From Diplonema japonicum (Eukaryota > Protista > Euglenozoa: Diplonemea), in the NCBI GenBank assembly GCA_964019335.1, contig OZ025755.1, positions 186,001 to 250,000 of the forward strand: a stretch of 64,000 nt of DNA, read 5' to 3'. Shown here in pieces: positions 43,278-55,641 of the stretch. The notes below the pieces were generated by a model that did not search any database, was not told where the DNA came from, and was given only the letters and a program-made list of their open reading frames with translations. A program made the position numbers and the translations under genes. The first letter of the stretch is position 1. Every line of letters begins with the position of its first letter.

Positions 43278-43940
43278 TCATATTTTCACTGCACCGTCAA
43301 CACCTTCACCTTTGTGCTTACCCCTGTGTTTTTTTTTTTTTTTTTCCCTAACATACGCAAGACAAGGGTCAAGGGAACCCCCAACTGGTATATCACCGAC
43401 TCCTGGGAGGAGGTTCTCGTCGAACCCAGGGGCGAAACCCGCCTTTCTTTTGAAGAAAATACCGCAGAAGTTACAGCGGGCGGCCCTGTCAGGCGGGACC
43501 GCGATCCACTGCATGTGGTGACGAATCCCCCCTTCCCTGATTCGAGTAGTATTTGATACAGGCCCAAGATAGGTATTCGCAATCGATGTACCTGAGCCAT
43601 GGCATGTTACATAAGTAGCTTCCACTTCTATTGCTGAGTCGGGTGATCTCCTGGCAGCCCACCTCATGTCGCCATTGGCGTGGCCACCGTGGTTGAGGTT
43701 ACCTGTCTTTTTCATAATGTTAGGAATGTGTTGCTGTCCCTCCTGCGGCTTCGTGACCCTGTAATTGCTCCCCATCATGAGCCTGGTGTAGTACGGCTTC
43801 TCGTACTGGGCATTCCACTTCCCTCCCCACACGGGCTCCCAAAAATTCCAGTTAGGGGTCTCCCTGTACCTCCCCAGACCCAGCGTTCCAAAAACATCGA
43901 CTTCTTCCTTGCTGCACAACCGTGCCACGGAACGACGCAT
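43278..43940 (-). CDS. Mitochondrial zf-CHCC protein (NDUFS6- or COX5B-like), 2 exons
   Basis: Presequence-like MRRSVARL; IEVEATYVTCHG...HHMQWI...RCNFCGIFFK. Exons 43940-43357 and 43323-43278. Confidence 0.7.
   Translation of the reverse strand: MRRSVARLCSKEEVDVFGTLGLGRYRETPNWNFWEPVWGGKWNAQYEKPYYTRLMMGSNYRVTKPQEGQQHIPNIMKKTGNLNHGGHANGDMRWAARRSPDSAIEVEATYVTCHGSGTSIANTYLGPVSNTTRIREGGIRHHMQWIAVPPDRAARCNFCGIFFKRKAGFAPGFDENLLPGVGDIPVGGSLDPCLAYVREKKKKKHRGKHKGEGVDGAVKI
43324..43356 (-). other. Intron (33 nt, in frame)
   Basis: GTATGTTAGGG(A)17 CACAG; same pattern as the other introns, but stop-free and a multiple of 3. Confidence 0.65.
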
Positions 43941-44413
43941 TTTTCCCCCCTTTTTTTTTTGGTGGCAAGAGGAAAAAAAAAAAAAAAAAAAAAAAAAGAG
44001 AGGTATGGGAAGGGGGAAAAGAAGAAAAAGAAAAAAAATAAAACAAAAAGGACATTGGACTTTTTTTTTTTTTCCGCAAACTCGGATGGAAAAGAAAAGA
44101 AAACAAAAAAAAGGAGGGGGGAGGGGAGAACGGTTGGGAGGCAGTGTATCACCGCCCCCCCCCTTTTTTTTGAGGCGTGTATGTTCTCCCCCCCTTCCCT
44201 CCTCTTTTTTTTTTTGAAAAAACTTTGTCCATACGGTTTACAAGATCCCATTTTATTTATGTTATCTCCCCTCTGCTTTTTTTCTTCCCAAATTTTGCGT
44301 CGATGGGGGTGTGTGCCCCAATGGACGTACAACTCTCTCCGAGAACACAAAGAAAAGAAAAAGAAGAAAAAAAAAAAGAAAAAGCTAGAACGGAAATAAT
44401 AAAAGGGGGAGGG

Positions 44414-44466
<53 letters not shown>

Positions 44467-44475
44467 CTTTAATTT

Positions 44476-45207
44476 TTAAGAGGAAACGAATAACGAACAA
44501 TTCTCTTTGAAGTACCCCAGGGACGCGAAGCTGTGTTGCAACGATTTTTTCTGCTGTTTGGACCCAACAACATAGAAAAGCGTATTCGATGGGCTGCAGG
44601 TGACTAGGTAAGACGCAAGAGCCTCGGTTGTCAACCTCTCATTAGAAATTCCACGTGACACATCTGAGTCAAGAGGAGCTTCACGAGTCAGGTGTCTGAC
44701 GAAACTAAATTTTTTCGGGTATTTTTCCGAAAGGCGATTCAGCTCATCGATCCAAATTTCATCCGATTTTGTCCTGTTACAGTAAAGAAGCAAAACTTTT
44801 CCAGAAGCCCCCACCGACAGCTCCCGTTCGCACACGGGCAGCACAGCTGTGATCCCGATTCCCATAGCTACTAAAAGAACATTTTCCCCTTTACACCGCC
44901 TCGTTTTCCCGTTTTTCCAAGCTGGTTTTGCCTTCCACCACATTTCTTGCCCGAGCGTTACCCTGTTCAGATATTCTGACATTTTTCCCCCCTCGTATAT
45001 TTTCACCGCCAACGAGAAGCCGTTTTCGTCCACCTCCACCGGGCTGTATTTCCGGCCTGTTTTGCTGTTGAAGAGTTTCAAACTTTGCCCAAGCCCCGGA
45101 TCGGCATCCAGGGTTTGCCCGCGTGTTTCGAACCGAAGGTGCACAATAGGGAATTCGCTTCCTTTTGCGATGACTGCTTTTCGGACCACAATGCAAGAAT
45201 TGCTCAT
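44476..45207 (-). CDS. NADH-cytochrome b5 reductase-like FAD/NAD-binding oxidoreductase
   Basis: RKYSPV, VKIYEGGKMSEYL, LVAMGIGITAV, LLYCNRTKSD; ATG at 45207. Confidence 0.85.
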   Translation of the reverse strand: MSNSCIVVRKAVIAKGSEFPIVHLRFETRGQTLDADPGLGQSLKLFNSKTGRKYSPVEVDENGFSLAVKIYEGGKMSEYLNRVTLGQEMWWKAKPAWKNGKTRRCKGENVLLVAMGIGITAVLPVCERELSVGASGKVLLLYCNRTKSDEIWIDELNRLSEKYPKKFSFVRHLTREAPLDSDVSRGISNERLTTEALASYLVTCSPSNTLFYVVGSKQQKKSLQHSFASLGYFKENCSLFVSS

Positions 45208-45316
45208 TTTTTTTTTTTTTTTTGAAAACTGTTTTTTTTTTTTTTTTTTTATGAGGCACACAAACATAAAGGAATTTTACTATAGAAAACAAAGAAGATG
45301 GGGTGGGGGGGGGGGG

Positions 45317-45440
<124 letters not shown>

Positions 45441-46654
45441 AAAATATAAGGAGATGGGGGGAAAGTGGCGCTAAGAAAATAACAGAAAGGAAAGGGAGAG
45501 CGGGAAGGATGGGGGGGTGTGTTTTTTTTTTTGAGATAAAAAATAATCATAAAAAAATAAAATAAAAAAAATCCATGGCGACGGTGATAGGGAAAAAAAG
45601 AAAATGTGCGTGGAAAGTAAGGGGTACTATTTGGGGTTAAAAGGGAAAAGAAAGGATAATCACAGGGGGGGAGGGGGGGGCAGTGTCTGCATCTACCCCC
45701 CCATCATACTCACGGGAAAAAGAAAAAAAAATACCAGGCTTCAAACACACCTTGATGCAGGGCATGGGATTTAGGTATCACGGGAAAATGGGTGTGAGAG
45801 AATTCTTGTTTTTTTTTTCCCCCTTCTTTTTTTTATATTAGCTGCTTGAAAACATGAAGGTAGTGGGGAACTGGAGGGGAAGAAAGAAGGGTATAATAAT
45901 AATAATAAAGAAAAAAAAAAACTGGAAAAAAAATTACCTGCCAAACAGCAAAGGAAATAATAATTTAAAAAAAAAACGGAAAATATAACAAAGGAGAACG
46001 TAAACAGTGGTTGAGCCTGGAAAGAGAAAAAAAAAAGGAAACAGAGGGATATGATGAAAAAAAAGGATTCTTTTTTTCTTTTTTTTTTTTTTTTTTTCCT
46101 CTACTCTATCTGGTCCCCCTTTGACTGACGCCCCATTGGGGTCAGAGTGGAGAGGCAGAGAAGGTAAAAAAAAAAAAGAAGAAAAAAGTTTAGAACAAAG
46201 GTATTAAATGTTTTATTCTTTATTTATTTTTTTTCTTGGAGAGGAGAAGAGGATGTTCTCAGTTATTTCTTTTTTTTTTTTTTTTTTTTTTCAAAACCCT
46301 TTCTCTTGTTGGAAGTTTCTTCTCAGTAAAATTGCGACCTCCGCAGCAAAAAAACACAAGAGAAAAGCGAAAGGGCTTTTTGAATGAAGAAAACATTTTC
46401 TTATAAAAAGAAGGGGGAAAAAAAAAAAAAAGCATAGGCTGGTATCTCTTACGGTTACAAACAATTTTTTTTTTTAAAAAAAACCTAGCAAAAAAAAATT
46501 ATTTGTAACTCATAGCACTGCCATTTTTTTTTTTTTTTCCCCTTCCTTTTTTTTTTTTGAAAGTTATGAAGAACAAAAAGAAAAACCACACGAATCTTCT
46601 GAAATTCAGCTTTTTTTCGCGCCCCTCTCTCCTCCCACACTTCAAAACCCGAAA

Positions 46655-46688
<34 letters not shown>

Positions 46689-46790
46689 CGTGTTGCTTCC
46701 AAAAAAAAACAAAAAAAAACCCCCTCCTCCATTTTTATTTTGCTTTTTTTTTTTTCCTTCGTTCGTTCTTATTCTTGGTATGCAAACAAA

Positions 46791-46841
<51 letters not shown>

Positions 46842-47787
46842 AACCAAGCAAATGGAGAATGGTGGGGGGGCAGGAAGAAGGCAGCCCATTCCACCGCCCC
46901 AAGAGGTGTTGTACGGCCCCACAAGGAATGAACATTACTCCTGCACGGGGGGGGGGGGGGGGGGGGGACTAAGCAAAATAATTAAAAAAAAGAACAACAA
47001 CGAGGCTCGTCATTCTGCCTTCTCGTTTTTTTTAAACCTTTCCCTTTTTTTTTTTTTTTTTTTGCGTGTTCTAATTTTTTTTTTCTCACGGTGATTTTCC
47101 TAGTTCTCTTTTTTTTTTTTTTTTTTTCCCCCATCTCCTCCTCTCTTGTTTACTTTGTCCACTCCCATGCTACCAGGGAGGGAGACGGTGTGCAGTGGAG
47201 AGAAGAAATAAGGGGGAATTGAGGAAAAAAATCACGCTTAAAAAAAAAAAAAAAAAAAGAAGCCAAATGGAAGGTGAAAAAACTCTGGCAACAATAAAAC
47301 ATAAAAAACAAAAAATATAAAAAAACTCGACAAGATTCACTAGAAGAAAAAAAAAAGAGAGAGAAAAAAAAAAGGAAAAAAGAAAGGCTGAGACGCAATG
47401 CCATCAGACGGGGGAACAGAAAAAAAAAGGGGGGGGTTTTTTTTACGGGGCAGCCGATAAAAGCGTTTTTTTTTGTCACCTACTCTTCTTTTTTTTTTTT
47501 GTGTGCCGCTAAAATTTTTTCATACGGTTATAAATTAGCTTTTTTCCCTCATTTTTTTTTGTATAAAGCCACACCCACAAACAGTACTTTTGCGGTTTCA
47601 TGGACCGCGACGGACCTTTCTTTTAAAGAAAATAATAGGGGTGGGATCCTTCTTTTTTTTGAAGAAGGATAACAAGGGGGGGGGGGGGGGGGGGAAGAAA
47701 TAGCCCCGCCCACGGGGAGAGAGCTGCCGAGGCATTTTTTTTTTGTTTTTGTTACCCCGGGAAACAGGAACAGAAAAAGATGGTTTA

Positions 47788-47827
<40 letters not shown>

Positions 47828-48814
47828 GCATACCAGAGACAAAGCTTGAGGCAGGGTTCCATTTTTTTTTAACTCACCACTGTCCGATAAGTGCGACACA
47901 CGTGAACACAGCAACAGGGTATTTTTTAGGAGGCAAGAGAAGGAGGATTTTCTTTTCGAAAGTTTACCTTGCTTTACCCTTTTCCTCAAAAACCTCTTGC
48001 ATGTCTCTTCTTCCTTTCCCCCATTCTCCCCCCGCGAAACGGGGTAAGTAGTATAGACGAACGGCTTTTTTTTTCTTCTCCCCCCCCCCTTCATTCTTTT
48101 ATTTTTTGAGAACTAGATTTTTTCTTTCTTTCTTTTTTCTTGTTCTTGTTGTAATACTCGTTTTAAAAAAAAAAGAGAAAAAAAAAAAAAAAACAATAGG
48201 TCCGGATCTCTACCCCCTTTGAAGTTTTCGCTCGAGCAAAGGTTAAGCGGGAACGAAGAAGGAAAAAAAAAGAAAAAAAAAACCCCAATTTTTTCTCGTG
48301 TTTTGCTCGGCTCAAAGGAAAAGGTTCTCGGCTACTGTATTTTTTTTTTTTTTTTTTTTTGTGTGGTTTTTCTCTCCAGGATTTAGGAGTAAAAAATAAA
48401 AATAAAGAGGGTTTCTCTTTAGAGTTTAGTGCTGCATGTTGCCACTGCTCTTTGTTTCTTCTTTTTTTTTCTCTTTTTTTCTTCGCTTTTTGTTCTTTAC
48501 AAGAAACTAAGCAGGTACTTGTTAAAATACAAAAGGGAAAAAAAAGGGGGGGAGGGGCAGCCAAATTCCCCCCCCTTTTTTTTGAAATAAAAAAAAAGAA
48601 CCCCCGCCCCTTCGTTTTCCCAAATACAATTGAATTAAGATCCCCAATATCAGATAGGATCTGCGCTATGATAAGGGAAAATTTTGGACAGAAAATGAGG
48701 GGGGGTAGGTTGGGAGAGAGGGTGGTGGTGAGTAGAATTTCCTTACCAACAGGTAGAGCTTTTTTTTTTTTTCTATTTTTTTTTCTTCCTTCTCTTCCTT
48801 AACAGATAAGTGTG

Positions 48815-48866
<52 letters not shown>

Positions 48867-49346
48867 CTTCTCTCCCTACTTTAAAAAAAAGTTTTTTAAA
48901 AAAAAAAGGGGGAGTGAGAAATAATACCTTGCAACCCCAGGCTACTTTTTTAAGATTTTAGGATTGGCCATAAAAAGCCAAAAACTATTACATGGAGATT
49001 GACTGAAGATCTTCGCCTTCGAATGCGTAAAAATTTATTGTTTTACTTTTCTTTTTTCTTTACCAATCCTAAAGAAAAAAAAAAGGGGGGAAAAAAAAGA
49101 GAAAAAAACCAGGTTGCTAGGTATGCGTTATGCTGAACAGAAAACAAGGGTGAGCCCCCCCCCAGAAAAAAGGAAAGATAGAGGTTTACATTTTTTTATT
49201 TTCCTCTTTTTTATTTTCTTTCAGAACACAATACAAAACCCAAAAAATGAGCCATGTTGGTGTTATAAAACATACTCTTTTTTTTCCTCTTTTTTTCTCT
49301 TCTTTTTTTTGCTTTTTATTTTCTTCGCTTTCTCCCTTTTTTTTTG

Positions 49347-49378
<32 letters not shown>

Positions 49379-50006
49379 CTCAAGAGCAGCTGAGCAGCAC
49401 TTATGTTAAACAAAATTTGAAAAAAAAAAAGTTTCTTCTAAGAATTTTCTTTGGTTTTTTTTTTTTTTTTTTTTTTTTTCCTTCTTTTTTTTTTTTCTTT
49501 CTGACAAGCAACGCACACTTTTCTGTATAAATATACAGGTTAAAATAAAACATCGAAACAGGGCTTTAGATGGGCGGGGGCTCTTGAAAGCCCGAATATT
49601 TCTCTCTTTTTTTTTTTCTTTCGTTCTTTTTTTTTTTTTTTCCCTTCTTAATGCGTTTTATTTCTTAAGGCCTTTCTTCACTAAGGCTCAGATTAATTTT
49701 CTTTCAAAAGAAAAATGGGAGGGGGAGGAAGATGCGATTCAGCGTATATTTGGTTTACTACTATAAAACCAGCCCGAACGAGGCAAGGAGGGGAAGGGAG
49801 GATGAAAGTAACATTTCCTCATTCTTCGTTGTCTGTGCTACTCAGTTGGGGCTTACAGTGGTTATCATATATTTTTTTTTTTTGTTTGTTAAAAAAAAGA
49901 GCTGGGCAGCCTGGGTTTAAACTGCGAGAAAAAAAAAAGAAAGAAAACTCGAAAAATTTAAAAGAAGCCGGTGGGGACGCTCTGCAAGCACCTTCTACTT
50001 GGCCAC

Positions 50007-50052
50007 TCTGATGTACTTCTTTATATTTCCATATTTATCCCCACCACCTAAG
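50007..50052. repeat. Dispersed ~45-bp repeat (second copy at 51743-51785)
   Basis: TCTGATGTACTTCTT(T)ATATTTCCAT..TTATCCCCACCACCTAA. Confidence 0.75.
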
Positions 50053-50758
50053 AAAAAAAATGGGGGGGGGGAAATTACTACAGCTTACAAAATATGGCAT
50101 CATTAAAACGGGTATTTTCTTTTTTTTTTCTTCTATATTTTTTTTTTACTTGAAACATGCAGCATAGAGCCACAACTAGAAAGGGGGGAATAAAAAAAAA
50201 GGAAAGAAGAGAAATATAAAACCAACCATCACCAAGGGTCTTTTTTTTGTTTTTTTTTTCTTTTGTTTTATAAAATTCTGTACTTCCGTAAAAGAAATAT
50301 ATATATATATATTTCTTTTTTTCCCCACCTGTGGTGATTTTCCGTGTTTATGTGCGTTTTTTTTTTAAACCAAAATTCTTTAAAAAAATATATATGATAA
50401 ATACCCGTATAATTGACCAAGAAATATTTTAGAAGGTGGGGGGGGGGGTAAAATTCGTTTTATTTACTACAGGTATTTTTATATTCTTTTTTGTGTACTT
50501 CCTCAAGAGAAAAGACTTGGAAGAAAGAAAGAGGGGGTTTTTTTTTTGCGAGGGGGACGGGCCTTGGTATGCATTGCATTTTTGGCCTGCTGGGGGGGGG
50601 AGGGGGGGGAAAGAAGTTTTCACTCGAAAGTTTTATTCTTCCGATCACCGCCTTTAAAAAATATTTTCGCCCCGGAAAAAATAAAAAATAAAAAAATGTC
50701 AACGTGAATATTTCGCAGAAGTGTCATTTAACTTTTGCAAAAATTAAATAACATATCA

Positions 50759-50967
50759 TACTAAATAAAAAATCAGCCAGATTTTTTTTACTCGGAACGG
50801 TATTTTTTTTGTTTTCACTCATTTTTTTTTTTTTTTGTTTTCACTCATTTTTTTTTTATAATTTAAATCACTCGGCTTCGCTCGTGAAATTAAATTACTC
50901 AATTAAAAAAAAAAGAAAAAAAAAAGAAAAAAAGAAAAAAACAGGCAACCTTTTATTTTTATTTAGT
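50759..50967. repeat. Degenerate palindrome with a GCTTCGC (GCGAAGC on the - strand) centre
   Basis: ACTAAATAAAA ... CACTCGGCTTCGCTCGTG ... TTTTATTTAGT; the left arm resembles 11800-11850. Confidence 0.5.
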
Positions 50968-52865
50968 AAATTATCTTTTTTTTTTTATTTTACCCAAGAC
51001 GAAAATACTTTCCAAAAAAAAAAAAGAAGGAAAAACGGTGCAACAAGAGAAAGGGAGGGGTTGGGGGGGGGGGGGGGGGGGGGGGGGTAACGCGCCTAGG
51101 AAGAAAAGAGGAGGAAAAAAAAGGGGTCAGAACAAAACAAAAGGGAAGTGAAACAAAGAAAAAAAAATATAAGAGATCAAGGAGGGCCAGTGTTGGTGGC
51201 GCCAAGCATCAAAGAGGGAAGAGGGGGGGGGGGGAGAAAAACGAAAACAAGAAAGCTACTTCGCACAATCACGCACCAATCACCCATTACAAGGGAAATT
51301 ACGAACGCAAGTTTTGCAAGGAGGAGAAAGGGTGGGAGGGGGGGGGGCACAGGTTTTTTTTTTTTTTTTTAAAGAAAGCCACATTACTACAATAACAGAG
51401 AGAGAGTGTTTTGTTTCTTTCGAAGTTTAAAAGTCCTTCGGCAGTGAGAATCGAGAGGACCACCCTTATTTTTTTTTTTTCGTTTTTTTTTTTCTTTTGG
51501 TGCAGCAGCTGGGAAATTGAAAGAGTGATCAGGTATTTATTTCTTCCCGCCCTTGACATTTTTTTCCCCCCTAAAATCCGCATGATCAAAACTACAAAAC
51601 ATAACAGATAAAAAAAATTTTAAAAAAAAAGTGTTAAAGAGGTACATGCTCTTACAGAAAAAAAAAGAAAAGAAGTAAAGAAGAAAGAAAGAAAGAAAGA
51701 AAAAAGAAAAAAAATGGGGGGAGGTCAACAGCGAACAACACATCTGATGTACTTCTTATATTTCCATGTTATCCCCACCACCTAAAAAAAAACAGCAGCT
51801 TATTGGCGACAGGTTTTTTAATTGGTTTGCTTTTTTTTTTTTGAATTTTCTTTTTTTGCCAGTCTGCTCTCTTAGTTTTGATTTTGTTTCCATTTTTTTT
51901 ATTTATTTATATTTTATTTTTGCCAGTGCCATTAAGGCACATAAGATATATAAAAACACAAGTAAAAAAAAAAAAGAAAAGAAAAAAAAAAGGTGGAGGG
52001 AGAAAAAAAAGGGGGTAACGAGAAATGGAGCATCCCACACTATAAAAAAAAAGTGTTTTTTTTTTCTTAGTTTTTTTTTCTTTTCCTCTGAGTGGGAGGG
52101 GAGTAACGAAGCGGGGGGGGGGGGGGGGGAGTGGGAAAATGAAAGATATCGCAACTTAGAGTTTAACATGGGAGAGAGGAAAAAAAAAATCCCCCCCCAC
52201 AACAATTCTCCTTTTTTTTTTCCTTTCGACGCTCACCGTCAAAAGAAACACATCGAAAAAAAGAGAAAAGATAGTCTTTCTTTTTTTGAGATGAAACCGT
52301 GTGGGGTTTCTCATTGGTGCTCGTTGGGGGGGGGAAGGTGGGCCTTCAAACAAAAAGAAATATAATTTTTTTTTGCTTGCAAAAAAAAGCTTAAAGCGCC
52401 TATGGTCTTTCTTTTTTTTGTTTCTTTTTTTTTTTTTTCTCCCCTTCATCTGAACACCCTCTTACAAGCCAGAAGAAGAAAAAAAAATTCAAGTCAACAC
52501 AGGTATGAAAGGAGAGGAATATAATGTTATTAAATACCCTAGAAATAGTTGTGATGCTCACAAAAAAAAAAATATAATTGGGGATAGGGGAATTATAAGG
52601 GAAAAGGGGGCCCCCTAGGTATGTACCCTAAATGACAGTGCACCTATTAAAGGGTTTAAATTAATCACTCTAATTTTTTTTTTTTTTTTTTACTTTTTCG
52701 CAAACGGTTGTCGTCATATCTCACTCCCCCCCACCCTGCGTCCTTTTTTTTAAGATGGAAAAAAAGAGGAGTCAATTCTTTTCCACTTTTCTCTCTTTTT
52801 TTTTTCCCCCTTCCCTTCCTCTTGCAGCTTTTTTTTTCTTTTTCTTTTTTTTTTTCTTTTTCGTT

Positions 52866-55418
52866 TTATAAAGAAACATCGTTATATCTTGAAGAAGGAA
52901 GCAAGCAATTGCTGACTAAAGAGTTGGCCGTATCAGGGTGAACAGGTTTCTTCTTGACAACCTTCTTTTTTTTGGCGGGTTGTTGTTGTTGTTGTTGTTG
53001 TTCCTCCTCGGCCAGCTTCAGGCTGTTCTCCTGGTTCTTCCACATCTCGGAGTACAAGCCTTTTTTCGACATCAAATCTTGATGATTCCCCATTTCCTGA
53101 ATAGAACCCTCTTTCAAAACCACAATCACATCTGAATCCTGAATAGTAGAAAGCCTATGCGCAATAACTATAATAGTTCTACCGGCAAGGCACTGCAAAA
53201 CTTCAAGAATTTCTTTTTCGGTATTGGAGTCCAATGCGGAGGTGGCTTCATCAAGCACAATAATAGGCGGGTTCTTCAAAAGGCATCTTGCGATTGCAAC
53301 ACGCTGTTTTTCTCCACCAGACAATCTCAACCCTCGTTCCCCAACTACTGTGTCCCAACCTGCAGGAAGCCTGTCTATGACAGATGTCAACTGAGCGTCT
53401 CTTGCTGCTTGAAGCATTTCCTCCTCCGTTGCCTCGGGGTTCCCATACATGATGTTCTTCCGAATTGTCTCATTGAACAGAGTGGTGTCCTGCGGGACTA
53501 TACCTAAAGCTTGCCTGACGGATTTTTGTTGCAGTTTTGAAACATCCTGTCCGTTTATTTTTAAAACACCGGTGTCTGGGTCGTAGAATCTAAAGAGCAA
53601 CCGGGAAAGAGTTGTTTTCCCGCATCCAGTGTGGCCGACCAATGCGACTTTTTGCCCCGCGCCGGCTTTGAATGTGATGTCTTTGATTCCTTTACCAGCG
53701 TCTGCCGATGGGTATCTGAATCCGATGTTTTCAAAACTGACTTCTACCCCCCGTACTGGGTTTGAAACCGACCCCCAACTACTTGGAACATTGACCTTCC
53801 TTGGTTTCGGTTGAAGAAGCATTTTAAACAAACATTTTTCTTCGTCGGGTTTGTCGGCGTCTGGAAACAACGCATCGTCGGTCGTGTCGGTGGCCTCATC
53901 GTAAATATCGATACTGACGGAACCACCAGATTCGCTAGATGGGAGGAGAAGAGGGCGGGCGTCGGGGATGTCCTTTACATCAGGATGCTCCGAGAGGAGT
54001 TCAGCGAGATGCTGCATGTTAACGAACGCCATGACAACTGTGTTGTACATAGATCCGATTATAGTGAGGGGCTGGAACAATTGGAGCACGTATGCGTTGA
54101 TGGCAACGAAATCACCGACAGAATTGTCCCCGTTGTACACAGACGTAGCGGTGATGAGCATAACAACACCAACACATATTTGAATGATGACAGATTGTGC
54201 CACATACAGACCCGACAGCGTGATTTGATTGGTAACCCCGAATTTTTGGAAATCCTTGACGGAGCTTAAGAACGATTCCCTTTCACGTTGTTCCGCAGTG
54301 AAGTACTTAACGGTTTCGAAGTTCACCAGAGATTCCGTGGTTTTGTTGTGGTAATCGTTGTCGTGCTGGTTCATCCCTTCTCTCAGCTTTCTCCTCCATG
54401 TTGTGATGAAGAAGGTTATAATCATATACATGTTGAACGCCAACATACATATCCCAGCGACGACCGGTTCAGAATAATGCAAGTAAAACATAACGAATGT
54501 CGCGATGCATTCTCCGATAGTTGGGATCAGGAAGAGAAATAAGTATGAAACGACAGAATCCGCTGCTGAGGTTCCCCTGTCCATATATCTGACGACATCT
54601 CCCATCTGTTTGCGAAGATGCCATTCAAGGGACAAAGAGTGGACATGGTTGAAAACCTTGTCAGACATTTGAACAAACGCAGCTTGTTTAACTTTCACGT
54701 AGATTGAGCTTTGAAGCTGCGGCAGACATTTTGCGGCGAGCGACACCCCGAAGTACGCGAAAATTAAGTCGAACGGTTTTTCAGGTTTCTCCAGCTCTGT
54801 TATGATCCATCCCATGATGAGCGGTGTGAAGATTATGCAGACCTTCGTTGCAATGATGCAGACCCATGTCAGAACGACGCGGATTTTATTGGTGAACCCC
54901 GTGGGTGTGAAGTACGGTTGTAATATTTCACGAATCGCGGTCATCGTTGGGATTTCCTTTCGCTCGCCTCCCAACGCCCATGGGGACACGCAGAGTTGAG
55001 TTACTGTTGATAAAAACGCGGAAAGCAATAAAACAATTGATGCTGCCGATGCGTCCGCCCAACTGAACATGATCAGCTTGCTGAGGTAGAGAGCTATTGA
55101 AGAGAACAATGCGCAATAGTAGAATTGTCTAAGTTGGTTGTAGAAGGTAGTGAAGATGAAGGCGTTTTTGACTAGGGTGATTATTAGAAGGTCGATGGTG
55201 CTCAGCCTGATGTTACTTTCGGTTTTCGAGCTGATGGCGACGCCCCACAGGAGCGACACCAGCACCGCCTCTACCACACCGCAGCCCACCATCACCTTCA
55301 CCATGCGTTGGTCCGGCTCGATTTTCACATATTTGATCTCTTCGTTCTTGGCGCCGACCTTGCCGCCCCTGCCGAGTCGCCCCCCTAGACCGAACCCTTG
55401 TTTGTCATTGCTTTTCAT
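52866..55418 (-). CDS. ABC half-transporter, HMT1/ABCB6-like
   Basis: Extra N-terminal TM region; LSLEWHL, ESLVNFETVKYF, Walker A GHTGCGKTT, LFRFYD, LSGGEKQRVAIAR, VLDEATSALD, IAHRLST. Confidence 0.93.
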   Translation of the reverse strand: MKSNDKQGFGLGGRLGRGGKVGAKNEEIKYVKIEPDQRMVKVMVGCGVVEAVLVSLLWGVAISSKTESNIRLSTIDLLIITLVKNAFIFTTFYNQLRQFYYCALFSSIALYLSKLIMFSWADASAASIVLLLSAFLSTVTQLCVSPWALGGERKEIPTMTAIREILQPYFTPTGFTNKIRVVLTWVCIIATKVCIIFTPLIMGWIITELEKPEKPFDLIFAYFGVSLAAKCLPQLQSSIYVKVKQAAFVQMSDKVFNHVHSLSLEWHLRKQMGDVVRYMDRGTSAADSVVSYLFLFLIPTIGECIATFVMFYLHYSEPVVAGICMLAFNMYMIITFFITTWRRKLREGMNQHDNDYHNKTTESLVNFETVKYFTAEQRERESFLSSVKDFQKFGVTNQITLSGLYVAQSVIIQICVGVVMLITATSVYNGDNSVGDFVAINAYVLQLFQPLTIIGSMYNTVVMAFVNMQHLAELLSEHPDVKDIPDARPLLLPSSESGGSVSIDIYDEATDTTDDALFPDADKPDEEKCLFKMLLQPKPRKVNVPSSWGSVSNPVRGVEVSFENIGFRYPSADAGKGIKDITFKAGAGQKVALVGHTGCGKTTLSRLLFRFYDPDTGVLKINGQDVSKLQQKSVRQALGIVPQDTTLFNETIRKNIMYGNPEATEEEMLQAARDAQLTSVIDRLPAGWDTVVGERGLRLSGGEKQRVAIARCLLKNPPIIVLDEATSALDSNTEKEILEVLQCLAGRTIIVIAHRLSTIQDSDVIVVLKEGSIQEMGNHQDLMSKKGLYSEMWKNQENSLKLAEEEQQQQQQQPAKKKKVVKKKPVHPDTANSLVSNCLLPSSRYNDVSL

Positions 55419-55598
55419 ATTTTTTTTGGGGGGGGGACCTTGAAGCTGTGTTTTTTTTTTCAGAAGAAAAAAAAAACATTTTATATAAAAAAATAAATAA
55501 ATAAATAAAAAATCCCATCCCTCCTACGACATAACGGAAAGACGTTTGGAAAAAAAAGGGGGGGGGTAGCGCTTCATATCTGCTAAACAAGTGGTAAG

Positions 55599-55641
<43 letters not shown>

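Noticed and set aside
16389-43356. In-gene homopolymers as sequencing frameshifts, RNA editing sites or non-canonical introns
   Set aside because: All have GT…AG ends whose removal gives continuous frames, several with exact conserved motifs.
46839-46931. Short + strand ORF starting after an A run (MNQANGEWWG…)
   Set aside because: Only 30 codons, no recognisable motif, and opposite to all other genes.
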